A DNA stretch of 64,000 nucleotides from an uncultured delta proteobacterium (GTDB lineage Bacteria > Myxococcota_A > UBA9160 > SMWR01), in NCBI GenBank assembly GCA_963832165.1, contig CAWHTE010000002.1, positions 64,001-128,000 on the forward strand, in the 5' to 3' direction. A program made the position numbers and the translations under genes. Shown here one piece after another: positions 30,962-40,400 of the stretch (position 1 is its first letter; each line of letters begins with the position of its first letter). The notes beneath the pieces were generated by a model. That model worked only from the letters and a program-made list of their open reading frames with translations. It had not been told where the DNA came from and did not search any database.

Positions 30962-32877
30962 CTACAACCCGTACGCCTCCTGCAACACGCACAGGCTCGT
31001 CATCGTGAGCATCATCCCGAAGTACCCGCTGCGCGCTGTCGCGTTGCTCGCGGGCGGCGGGTTCGCGATGAACTGCGCCACCGCCTGCGGCTCGAAGAAC
31101 GGCAGCGCCGCGATCCGCTCCGGCCGCAGCGTGTCGAGCGCGAGCTCGCGCATGCGGCCCTTCAGCTCGAACGGCGCGAAGAACGGGTGCTTCTGGCGCT
31201 TGTACACCGTCTCGGTCAGGAACGGCTTGGCCGCCTCGCGCAGCGCGTACTTCTCGACCTCGCCGCGCACCTTCATCGACACGGGCATGTCGCACACGAG
31301 CTCGACGAGCGGATGGTCGAGGAACGGCACGCGCCCTTCGATCGAGTGCGCCATCTCGGAGCGGTCGCCCAGGAAGTTGAGCAGCTTGTTCGGGAAGAAC
31401 GCCTTGAGCCAGAGCCACATCGACTGGTTGAGCGGATCGCGCGGTGAGCCCTCGGGCAGGTCGATCCGGTTCAGGAAGACCTGATAGGGGTCGCGTCCGC
31501 CGAACTCGGCCGCGAACCCCGCCGAGAGCAGCGGCAGCACGCGCTTGCCCGCGATCGCGCGATTGAGGATCCACGTGGGCACGTAGCCGAGCACGCGCTC
31601 GACCGCGTCGAGCGGCAGCGCGTCGCCCTCCGAGGTGCCGAAGTGGCCGAGGTGGCGGTTGCGGTCGCGCAGTGCGGCGATCCGCGCGCGCGCCGTCTCG
31701 GCGTCCTGCCCGGGCACGCCGTAGCGGATCATGTCCTCGCGAAAGAACGGGTAGCCGCCAAGCAGCTCGTCGGAGCCCTCGCCCGTGAGCACCACCTTGA
31801 AGCCGAAGTCGCGCACCTTCTCGGAGAGCAGGAACTTCGCCACCGCGTTCGTGTTATGCGTGATCGTCTCGCTGTGCCAGACCTGGTCGGCGAAGTGGTC
31901 GGCGAGCAGGTCCTCGGGCATCCGGAACACGTGGAAATTCGCGCCTGCGCGCTTGGCCATCTCCTCGGCGATCGGGCCCTCGTCGAACGGCCCCTGCTCG
32001 AACGCGATCGTGAACGCCTCGAGCGGCGCCTCGTGGATCGCGGAGGCGATGCCTAGCACCGAACACGAGTCGAGCCCGCCCGAGAGGTAGACGCCCACGG
32101 GCACGTCCGCGCGCAGGCGCAGCCGGATCGACTCGACCAGCGCGTCGCGCAGCCGCTCGACGTGCTCGGCCACACTGCGCTCGGGCGCGGGCCGCTCCGC
32201 GGTCGGGTACTGCAGGTCCCAGTACGGACCACCTGCGTGCGCTGTCGCGTCGCGAGCAGGTAGTGCCCGGGCGGCACTTGGTACACGCCGTCGAACATCG
32301 TGCGATCGCCGTCCGCGATCATCATGAGGTCCTGGAACACCGATTCGTGATCCCAGCGCGCGGGCACGCCGGCCGCGAACAGCGCCTTGGCCTCGGACGC
32401 GAGCGTGAGCACGTCGCCGGTCTGCGCGTAGAAGAGCGGCTTGATGCCGAACCGGTCGCGAGCGGCGAACAGGAGTCCCGCGCGCTCGTCCCAGAGCGCG
32501 AACGCGAACTCGCCGCGCAGCTCGCGCAGGCAGTGCGTGCCGAGCTCCTCGTAGAGGTGGATCAGGATCTCGCTGTCGGAGCCCGTGCGCAGATGATGTC
32601 CGCGCGCGGTGAGCTCGCGCTGGATGCGCTCGAAGTCGTAGAACTCGCCGTTCACGACCGCGTGGATCTGTCCGTCCTCGTTCGAAAGCGGCTGATCGCC
32701 GGTCGCGAGATCGATGATCGAGAGCCGTGCGTGGCCCATCCCGACGCGCCCGTGCGGCGCGACCCAGACGCGGTGGCCGTCGGGTCCGCGGTGGTACAGC
32801 TCGTGCGTCGCGCGCCAGAGCGCCTCTTCCTTCACAGTCCGACCGTTGCGCGAGAACTGGGTGACGATGCCGCACAT
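30962..32877 (-). CDS. asnB: Asparagine synthase (glutamine-hydrolysing)-family amidotransferase, copy 1; one frameshift at ~32229
   Basis: MCGI N-terminal Ntn Cys, HRGPD, NGEFY, RDRFGIKPL, YLSGGLDS, TGEGSDE, RVPFLD. Confidence 0.88.
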
Positions 32878-32900
32878 ACGGGGTCTCCTTTGCCCGTGAG

Positions 32901-32944
32901 CGTGGCCGAATTCACACCGGCCCAGGTGTGAAGTACTTCACACC
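32901..32944. promoter_or_regulatory. CRP/FNR-family box plus a weaker second site between the divergent asnB genes
   Basis: GGTGTGAAGTACTTCACACC perfect 20-bp palindrome at 32925-32944 (TGTGA-N6-TCACA); CGTGG-N6-TCACA at 32901-32916. Confidence 0.75.
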
Positions 32945-33013
32945 CGCCCCGCGGAATCGGGCAGGATGCTCCCGATCGGGCTGGGGCCCGCCCCTTCCCG
33001 GACGGAGGCGACC

Positions 33014-34948
33014 ATGTGTGGTTTCGTAGCCGGGCTGCTGCGCGACGCCCTCGAGCCGAAGCGGCTCGACCGCGCGCTCGAGACGCTCCATCACCGCGGC
33101 CCCGATTCCGTCGGTCGCTGGATCTCGCCCGACCGACGCTGGTTCCTCGGCCACACGCGCCTCTCGATCATCGGCCTGACGAACGGCGACCAGCCGATCG
33201 CGAACGAGGCTGGCGACGTGCAGATCGTCGTCAACGGCGAGTTCTACGGCTACCGCGCGATCCGCGAGCGTCTGCGCGCCGAAGGCAGCAAGTTCAAGAC
33301 CGAATCCGACAGCGAGATTGCGCTGCACCTCTACCTGCGCGAGGGCATGAACCTCGGGCGCCACCTGCGCGGCGAATTTGCAGCCGTGATCGCCGACCGG
33401 CGCAACGGCGCGATGCTCGCGATCCGCGACCGCTTCGGCATCAAGCCGCTGTTCTACACCGTGCACGAAGGGAACGTGTACTTCGCGTCCGAAGTGAAGG
33501 CGCTGCTCGCGCTCGGCGTTCCCGCGCGCTGGAACCGCGAGGCCGTGTTCCAGGAGTGCTTTCACTTCCGCCCGCACTCGCGCTCGATCTTCGACGGCAT
33601 CTACACCGTTCCGCCCGGTCACTACGCGATCGCGCAGCGCGGCGAGGTGAGCGTCTACCCGTACTGGGACCTTGAGTTTCCGACCGCGGCCGAGATCGCG
33701 GCCGACGACCGCACCGACGCCGAGGTGGTCGCGGGTTTCCGCGCCGTGCTCGACGATGCGGTGCGCGAGCGGTTGATCGCCGACGTCGAGGTCGCGAGCT
33801 ATCTCTCCGGCGGGATCGACTCGTGCGCGGTGCTCGGCCTCGCCCAGCGCCACATGGATCGCCCGATCCGCGCATTCACGCTCTGCTTCGAAGACGCGGC
33901 CTACGACGAGTCGGAGCTCGCGCGCGCACAGGCCGCGCTCACGGGCTCGAGCTTCCACCCGGTACCCGTGCCTCCGCGTGCGCTCGCGGAGTCCTACAAC
34001 GACGCTGTCTGGCACGCGGAGACGCCGTTCGTGAACGGTCACGGTGTGGCGAAGTTCCTGCTCTCGCGCGCAGTGCGCGACGCGGGGATCAAGGTGGTGT
34101 TCACGGGCGAAGGGTCGGACGAGATGCTCGCGGGCTATGCGCCGTTCCGGCGCGACGTCCTGCTCTACAACAGCGCCAGCCAGGACCCCGAGATCGTCCA
34201 GAAGCTGCTCGCCGAGATGCGCGCGTCGAGCTCGAACCGCGCCGTACCGATGCTCGTGCCGACCGAGGACGCGCCGATCCCACAGCTCGACACCGTCGCG
34301 CGCCGGCTCGGCTGGATTCCGTCGTGGATCAAGACGTTCGGAGCGAACGGCGCGCGCACGACGGAGTTCTTCAGCGCGGGGATGGCCGAGAGCGTGGCGG
34401 GGATCAATCCCTACGAGCTCGCGCTCTCGCGCCTGCCGGTCGAGGAGCGCCTCGCGGGGCGCGATCCGCTGAACCAGGCGCTCTATCTCTGGTCGCGGAT
34501 CCATCTCCCGAACTTCATCCTGACGTTCCTCTCCGATCGCATGGAGATGGCGCACTCGATCGAGGGGCGCGTTCCGTTCCTCGACCATCTCGTGGCCGAG
34601 TACGCGGCCGGCATCCCGATCCACATGAAGATCAACGGCATGCGCGAGAAACACGTGCTGCGCGAAGCGACGCGCGACGTGCTGATCGAGCCGGTCTACA
34701 ACCGCGAGAAGCACCCCTTCACGACGCCGCCCGCGAAGGTCGGCGAGAAGGACGCGATGCACGAGCTGATGGGTGACGTGTTCAGCTCGGGGCTGCTCGA
34801 CGAGCAGCCGATCTTCGACGCGGCCGCCGTGCGCAAGCTGTTCGACACGCTTCCCGAGAAGACCCCCGAAGAGCGGGTCGCGCTCGATGGCTTCTGGAAC
34901 CGCGTGCTCAGCTTCACGCTGATCCACCAGCGATTCGGCATGGGGTAG
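33014..34948 (+). CDS. asnB: Asparagine synthase (glutamine-hydrolysing)-family amidotransferase, copy 2 (644 aa)
   Basis: GGAGG RBS, MCGF Ntn Cys, HRGPD, YLSGGIDS, TGEGSDE, RVPFLD. Confidence 0.9.
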   Translation: MCGFVAGLLRDALEPKRLDRALETLHHRGPDSVGRWISPDRRWFLGHTRLSIIGLTNGDQPIANEAGDVQIVVNGEFYGYRAIRERLRAEGSKFKTESDSEIALHLYLREGMNLGRHLRGEFAAVIADRRNGAMLAIRDRFGIKPLFYTVHEGNVYFASEVKALLALGVPARWNREAVFQECFHFRPHSRSIFDGIYTVPPGHYAIAQRGEVSVYPYWDLEFPTAAEIAADDRTDAEVVAGFRAVLDDAVRERLIADVEVASYLSGGIDSCAVLGLAQRHMDRPIRAFTLCFEDAAYDESELARAQAALTGSSFHPVPVPPRALAESYNDAVWHAETPFVNGHGVAKFLLSRAVRDAGIKVVFTGEGSDEMLAGYAPFRRDVLLYNSASQDPEIVQKLLAEMRASSSNRAVPMLVPTEDAPIPQLDTVARRLGWIPSWIKTFGANGARTTEFFSAGMAESVAGINPYELALSRLPVEERLAGRDPLNQALYLWSRIHLPNFILTFLSDRMEMAHSIEGRVPFLDHLVAEYAAGIPIHMKINGMREKHVLREATRDVLIEPVYNREKHPFTTPPAKVGEKDAMHELMGDVFSSGLLDEQPIFDAAAVRKLFDTLPEKTPEERVALDGFWNRVLSFTLIHQRFGMG

Positions 34949-34979
34949 GGCGGGAGGAGCCGAAGGCGGATCCCGCCTT
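34945..34979 (+). repeat. REP copy whose GTAG contains the asnB2 stop codon
   Basis: Exact 35-bp copy; TAG 34946-34948 is the stop. Confidence 0.9.
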
Positions 34980-34985
34980 CCGCGA

Positions 34986-35786
34986 CTAATGCAACGGGCG
35001 CCGCCCGCGCGCCGCGAAGCGGATCCACGACACCCACTGGAACGACGGATCCGCGAGCGCGCGCGCGAACGTCTCGAGATCCTTCTCGTTGAGCCAGTCG
35101 CCCTTCAGGAGCGGCTCGCGCACCCGCTCGACCGACTGCTGCAGAAAGGTCGAGATCGGGCCGCCGCCGTGGTGTACCAGCGTCACGCCCTCGTTGCCGA
35201 TCTCGACGAGTCCGAGGCGCTCGAACAGTCCGGGCAGCCGCGGGGCGACGCACAGATCCATGATCGCGTCCGCGCGCATCGCGTCGACGAACGCGCGCAC
35301 GGTCCAATCGAACACCGCGCTCGACTTGTGGTCGGGCGTGGCGGAGCGCAGCGGAGTGAAGTCGCAGGCCTCGACGAAGAGCTGGCCGCCCGGGCGCAGC
35401 GCCGCAGCCATGCGCTCGAGCGCGCGGCGCGGGTCGGACAGATGCTCGAGCAGCGCGCGGCAGTGGACGAGGTCGTAGTGATCGGGCTCGAGCGGGTCGC
35501 GCATCACGTCCTGCTGGCGCACCTCGACGTTCTTGGGCAGCTCGAGCGCCTCGAGAAAGCGCGTGTCGATGTCGATCGCGGTGACGGAGCCCTCGACGCC
35601 CACGCGCTCCGCGAGCCAGCGCACCACCGATCCGCCGCCGCCCGCCACTTCCAGACAATGCCAACCGGGTGCCACCCCGATCTTCTCGAGCCGCTCGAAC
35701 GTGATCGGATCGGAGCTGGCCTCGAGCAGTCCGAGGCGTGTGCGCTCCGATGCGAACTCAGCTCCAGCGGCGAAGTAGCGGGTCAT
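34986..35786 (-). CDS. Class I SAM-dependent methyltransferase (266 aa)
   Basis: CLEVAGGGGS, AIDID, YDLVHCR, LRPGG motifs; GGAGG RBS. Confidence 0.88.
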   Translation of the reverse strand: MTRYFAAGAEFASERTRLGLLEASSDPITFERLEKIGVAPGWHCLEVAGGGGSVVRWLAERVGVEGSVTAIDIDTRFLEALELPKNVEVRQQDVMRDPLEPDHYDLVHCRALLEHLSDPRRALERMAAALRPGGQLFVEACDFTPLRSATPDHKSSAVFDWTVRAFVDAMRADAIMDLCVAPRLPGLFERLGLVEIGNEGVTLVHHGGGPISTFLQQSVERVREPLLKGDWLNEKDLETFARALADPSFQWVSWIRFAARGRRPLH

Positions 35787-35850
35787 CGTAACCTCCGTTG
35801 GCGGACGCGTGGCTTCTCGACAGCCAGCATCGCCCCGGGTTACCGGGCCC

Positions 35851-35872
35851 AGGTGTGAACTACTTCACACCT
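35851..35872. promoter_or_regulatory. CRP/FNR-family box upstream of the methyltransferase
   Basis: AGGTGTGAACTACTTCACACCT (TGTGA-N6-TCACA at 35854-35869). Confidence 0.75.
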
Positions 35873-35918
35873 CCCTTCGAAAACCGAACTATTTCCGCGC
35901 CCCTCGGGGCCCTCCTCT

Positions 35919-35952
35919 GTAGGGCGGGAGGAGCCGAAGGCGGATCCCGCCT
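35919..35952 (+). repeat. REP copy, intergenic
   Basis: GTAGGGCGGGAGGAGCCGAAGGCGGATCCCGCCT. Confidence 0.9.
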
Positions 35953-35971
35953 GCCGCGGCCGAAAGACCCG

Positions 35972-36229
35972 CTAGCGCGAAGCTGAAGGTGTGCCGCGCA
36001 GCAGTCCGGCCACATTCAGATCCTCGTCGACATCCGGCCAGTGAATCCCGATACCGTCGCCCAGAATCTCGAAGCGGCGGCGCTCTTCTGGAGTGGCACG
36101 GAGCAGGCGAGGGAACCACGCGAGAGGGGTGGCGATTCGGCGCCCATCGGCAAGGACGACGATGAGTTCGTCCTCGGTGACGGTCACCTCCTTTGCGCGC
36201 GGATCAGTGCTAGGCAGAGAAGAACTCAT
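35972..36229 (-). CDS. DUF2442-family protein (putative TA partner)
   Basis: LADGR...PLAWFPRL...GIHWPDVDEDL signature; 85 aa; overlaps the upstream gene. Confidence 0.8.
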   Translation of the reverse strand: MSSSLPSTDPRAKEVTVTEDELIVVLADGRRIATPLAWFPRLLRATPEERRRFEILGDGIGIHWPDVDEDLNVAGLLRGTPSASR

Positions 36230-36446
36230 GCCAAGCCTCCTCGAATCGCTGTCGGTTGTCCTCGACGAGCCGCCGAACTCGACTCAGCTCGTGCGCGGGG
36301 AATCCGACTGACGATGCTAGCGCTACGGGTTGCAGCCAGAACTTGGCAAGCGAGCGGTCTCGATGCACATGGATGTGCATCGGCTCCAACCCTTCGTTTC
36401 CAAAGAAGAAGAATCGATACGGTCCGATTCGAACCACCGTCGGCAC
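36210..36446 (-). CDS. DUF4160-family protein (putative TA component)
   Basis: MPTVVRIGPYRFFF...EPMHIHV...AKFWL...W.EFF signature; 78 aa. Confidence 0.8.
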   Translation of the reverse strand: MPTVVRIGPYRFFFFGNEGLEPMHIHVHRDRSLAKFWLQPVALASSVGFPAHELSRVRRLVEDNRQRFEEAWHEFFSA

Positions 36447-36472
36447 GCGGCGACCGTACCGATCGCCGCCCC

Positions 36473-36507
36473 GTAGGGCGGGAGGAGCCGAAGGCGGATC
36501 CCGCCTT
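36473..36507 (+). repeat. REP copy, intergenic
   Basis: Exact 35-bp copy. Confidence 0.9.
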
Positions 36508-36566
36508 TCGAACTCGTCTGATGGTGTAATTCGCTCGGAATTGGCGGATTACGCTCGCTTCGCTCG

Positions 36567-37004
36567 CTAATCCGCCCTGCGAGAACGCTTGGTGCGCTTC
36601 GTTTTGCGCCGCGCGCGATAGGGTGCACTCGGGCGGTCCGCCACGATGCCTTCCTCATCAGCGCCAGATGAGTGCGGCTTCGTCGCATTCTCGAGCGTAT
36701 CTGCGATCCAGCTGTTGACGCTCTTCCCCACCAAGTTCGCAGCGATGGCGACGCGCCGATGAAGAGTGCCCTCGATGCGAAGTGGGATTCGGCCCGAGTA
36801 CTCCCGGTCGGGAGCACGTCCCAGCCTTTCGCATAGCGCCAGGTAGTCGTCGACCGCCTCGCGAAACGCGCGCTCGAGCTCGTCGACGTTGGCGCCCTCG
36901 AAGTTCACGAGATCGTCGATGCCGAGGACCTCGCCGAACAGAACACGGTCCTCGGCGGAGTAGCGGACCGATCCGCGATACCCCTTGTAGTCCATGGTGT
37001 CCAT
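36567..37004 (-). CDS. hicB: Type II TA antitoxin, HicB family (RHH C-terminus)
   Basis: YKGYRGSV...FEG..V.EL..AF.EAVDDYL...YSG...LRI...LHR...S.N.W. Confidence 0.88.
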   Translation of the reverse strand: MDTMDYKGYRGSVRYSAEDRVLFGEVLGIDDLVNFEGANVDELERAFREAVDDYLALCERLGRAPDREYSGRIPLRIEGTLHRRVAIAANLVGKSVNSWIADTLENATKPHSSGADEEGIVADRPSAPYRARRKTKRTKRSRRAD

Positions 37005-37016
37005 CTCGCTCTCTCC

Positions 37017-37269
37017 TCAATCGATTCCGCGCGCGACCAAGCGCACACGGACCTGTTCAACGGCGTACTTGGGCAGGACTGGTCTTCGGTGCGGCCGGTG
37101 CAGCAAGGGTGAAACCATCCGAGAATACGAAGCGCACCCGCGAGCCAGCCCCCTCGTGCACTTCCGCGCCGAGCGCCCGCAGCAGCGAGGCGAGCTCGTC
37201 CCAGCGAATATCCGATCGGCTGGGACGCTCGAAGATCCGGTCGAGCGTCCGCCGCTGCTTCTTGTTCAT
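37017..37269 (-). pseudogene. hicA: Type II TA toxin, HicA family, with a +1 frameshift near 37108
   Basis: MNKKQRRTL..IF...IRW..LL.ALGA....GAGSRVRF; the second frame continues HRPHRRPVLPKYAVEQVR...GID*; span 253 nt = 84 codons + 1. Confidence 0.8.
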
Positions 37270-37272
37270 CTA

Positions 37273-37314
37273 GATATCATAATATGATATCACTATTGTC
37301 AATTATTGATATCA
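37273..37314 (-). promoter_or_regulatory. hicAB promoter/operator
   Basis: AT-rich island; three GATATC/TGATATCA palindromes (37273, 37285, 37307) around a minus-strand TTGACA (37297-37302). Confidence 0.7.
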
Positions 37315-37340
37315 GATCTGTGGCGTGGTTTTGCGCCTCG

Positions 37341-37417
37341 AAGGCGGATCCGCCTTCGGCTCCTCCCGCCCTACAAAGTGCCTCGTAGGGCGGATTAGGC
37401 CGAAGGCGTAATCCGCC
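37341..37417. repeat. Inverted REP doublet of two different GTAG families
   Basis: Canonical copy lacking one base at 37341-37374 (-) plus GTAGGGCGGATTAGGCCGAAGGCGTAATCCGCC at 37385-37417 (+). Confidence 0.85.
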
Positions 37418-37422
37418 GTCCC

Positions 37423-40400
37423 TCATTCGCGCTCGGCGCACAGCTCCGCAAAACGCGCGAGCGCCTCGTCGGCGGCGTCGACGGGGTAGAGCTCGTAGCG
37501 GCGGATGCGATCGCCTTCGAAGAGCTGAAAACCGATGAGGTAGTTCTCGAACGGCCCGCCGTCGGGGATGGTTCCGAATGCGCGGGAAAGAAACACCGCT
37601 CCGTGCTCGTTTCGCGTGAAGAACCGGAGCATCTCCACGCCGAGATCGGGCGCCATCTCGGCCCACGCGCGCACCGACTCCACGTACTCGTCGCGGTTCA
37701 CGACGCCGAGCGAGAGCGGGCGGTGATCGTGAATGACGGCATCGGGTAGGTAGGAGCTGCGCAGCGCCTCCCAGTCGTGCTCGTTGAAGGCGACGACACC
37801 GAGCGATCGCGCTCGAACCGGTCTTTCAGGCACGAAGCGCGACCACATCTCCGCAAACGCGGCGTGGCGGTCGTCGAGGTCGAACGTGATGATGGCGACC
37901 ACGTGGCCTTCGGAGTCGACCTCGACAACGTGCAGGTTTTCGATTTCGAACGCCCCGGCATCCCAGGTCCAGAGCATCTTCTCGAGCGTGAGCCGATCCC
38001 CCGCCGTCGCGAGGCGTGTGCGCGAGAGCGCAACGTCCGTTGCTGCCATCAACTTGCTGTTCTCGATGAACATCTCGCAATCGCCAGTAGTGAGAAACTG
38101 GCGGCGCCGATCTTCGAAGACCATCGGCGCGCACAACGCCCGTAGATCGTCCCAGGCGCGTGCCCGGTAGTACTCCCAAATGCGATCTACCGCACGCGTC
38201 GCCGCGTTGGGCGGAATCCGCAGCGGATCGGGGCGCAGCTCTTCGAACCGCGCGCGCGCGACGTCGAGGTCTTCGAGCTCGAAGTTCTCTTCCCGCACGA
38301 TGCGGCCGCCCCGGTAATGCCCGAGCGCGACGAAGATCGACTCGTACTCCCCGCCCTCGGCCAGCGTTCCGAAGCGGCGGCCGATCCCGAGGAACCCGTG
38401 TTCCTCGCGAGCGATCGTGTACAGCCCGCCGAAGATCGTGTCGGGCGATTGCTCGAATAGCGCGGCGAGCGATGCGATGTACTCGTCCTTCTCGATCCGC
38501 CCGAGGCCGGTCCGGCGGTGATCGTCGAACACATATTCGTCGGGCAGCGCAGCGCGGCACGCTGCGAGGTCGCGGTCGAGCCGAGCGCGGTACATCGCCA
38601 CGACTCCAGCAGGCAGCGATTCGAGGCGCGCTTCGCGTTCGAAGAGCTCGCGAGTCGCGGCGCGGCGGTCGTCGGGGTCGAAGACGACCAGCGCATCCAT
38701 GCGGCCCTCCGAATCGGCTTCGACGACCGAAAGCACTTCGGCTTCGACGCCCGGTACATCCGTGCCGTCGGTTCTGATCTGGAAGGTCTGGTGGATCAGT
38801 GCCAGACGATCTCCCGCCGTCGCGAGGACCGTGTTGAAGCGCCGGATCGCGGGTCCCGCGAAGCGCAGGCTCGCGACGAACATGTCGCGGTCGCCCTTCA
38901 GGAGCGCTGCGCGGCGGCGGTCGTCGAACTCGAGCGTCGGCGCGCACAGAGCCGCTACGGCGTCCCAGTCTCCGGCGAGGTGTGCTTCCTCCAGGCGAGG
39001 GCCGAGCCGGGTCGCCGCGTTGGGCGGAATCCGCAGCGGATCGGGCTGCAGCTCTGCGAACCGCGCGCGCGCATCGTCGAGCTGATCGAGGGCGTAGACG
39101 TCGCGGCGATGTTCCTGCCCTTCGGCGTCGACCTCGAACACGGCCACGCGCAGCTGCTCGAACGCGCCGCCCTCGTGCGTGCCGAACACGAGGCCGATCC
39201 TGAGCAAACCGCGCTCGCAGAGCCATACGTGTAGCGGACGGATACGCGTGTCGGCGGACAGCGCGTTCAGCGCCTTCATCGATTCGATGTAGGTCGCACG
39301 GTCGAGCGTGCCCCAGCCGAGCGGGCTGTGATCGTGGACGACGAAGTCCGGGGCGAGATACGCCCCCATGTCCGACTCCGGTGCTCCGCGAGCCTGCCCG
39401 AACATCTGCATCCAGCGCACGGGGGCCGGGAATGCGGCGGCCTCGCCCGCGAGGAAGCGTCGCCCCAGCTCGGCGTACGCGTCGTCGAGCTTGTCGGGGT
39501 CGAAGCGGACGAGCGCGATGCGGTTGCCGTGCTCGTCGACTTCCGCCACCGAGAGGGACTCGGTCTCGCTGGGCCCGATCGAGCCGTCGCTCCCTTCGAA
39601 GCGCATCCGGGTCAGCACCAGCCGGTCGCCGCGCGTGGCGAGCACCTCCTGGAAGACCCGAGATTCCTCCATCTCGAGCAGCGGATGAATGAACTGGTGG
39701 AACGTCTCGCGATCGAGCTCGAGCTGCATCAGCGCGCGCCGGTCGCTGTATCGGAGCTCGGGTGCATTGAGCGCGCAGATCGCCTGCCAGTCGCGAGCGG
39801 CCCACGCGCGACCGAATCGATCGACGGTCCGCGTGGCCGTGGTTTCGATCAGTCGTGCCGACGCGCGCGGCGCCGCGAGCTCCGCGAACCGCGCGCGCGC
39901 CGCGTCGAGCTGGTGGTCGAGGTCGTAGCAGTCGACGCTGGCGATGCGGCCGCGTTCGATTCCATAGATGAAGATGTGCGGGATCTCGAACGCTCCCTCG
40001 GCCTCGCTGCCGATCCACGTCGAGACCGCGAGCGCCACGCCCTCCGCGACGTCGATGTGGCTCACGCGAAGCGTCGCGTCGGGTCGCAGGTCCCACATCG
40101 AGCGGATCCGCGCGATGTAGTCATGCGCGGAGTCCATCGTCTCCCATCCCGAGAGCGGGCGGTGGTCGCGCGCGACGAGGTGCTCGGAGAAGACGGTCGT
40201 GAGCGCGTCCCAGGCGCGATCCCGGATCGCGCGCGCCAACCGCGACACCACGGCCTGGGTCTCGGGGTGTTCCGCCGCTTCGCCGGCCGCATAGCGCGCG
40301 TCGAGCTCGGCGTAGGCGGCGTCGAGAGCGGCGAGGTCGAAGCGAACCATCGCGGTCCGTTCGCCGCGCGCGTCTACCTCGACCACCGCGAGCGACTCGA

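Noticed and set aside
30962..34948. Lasso-peptide cyclases
   Set aside because: Both retain a full Ntn glutaminase domain with Cys2; no precursor, B protein or RRE was seen
34945..37417. Integron attC cassette array
   Set aside because: Repeats lack the RYYYAAC...GTTRRRY ends, are short and identical, begin with GTAG like REPs, and no integrase is present
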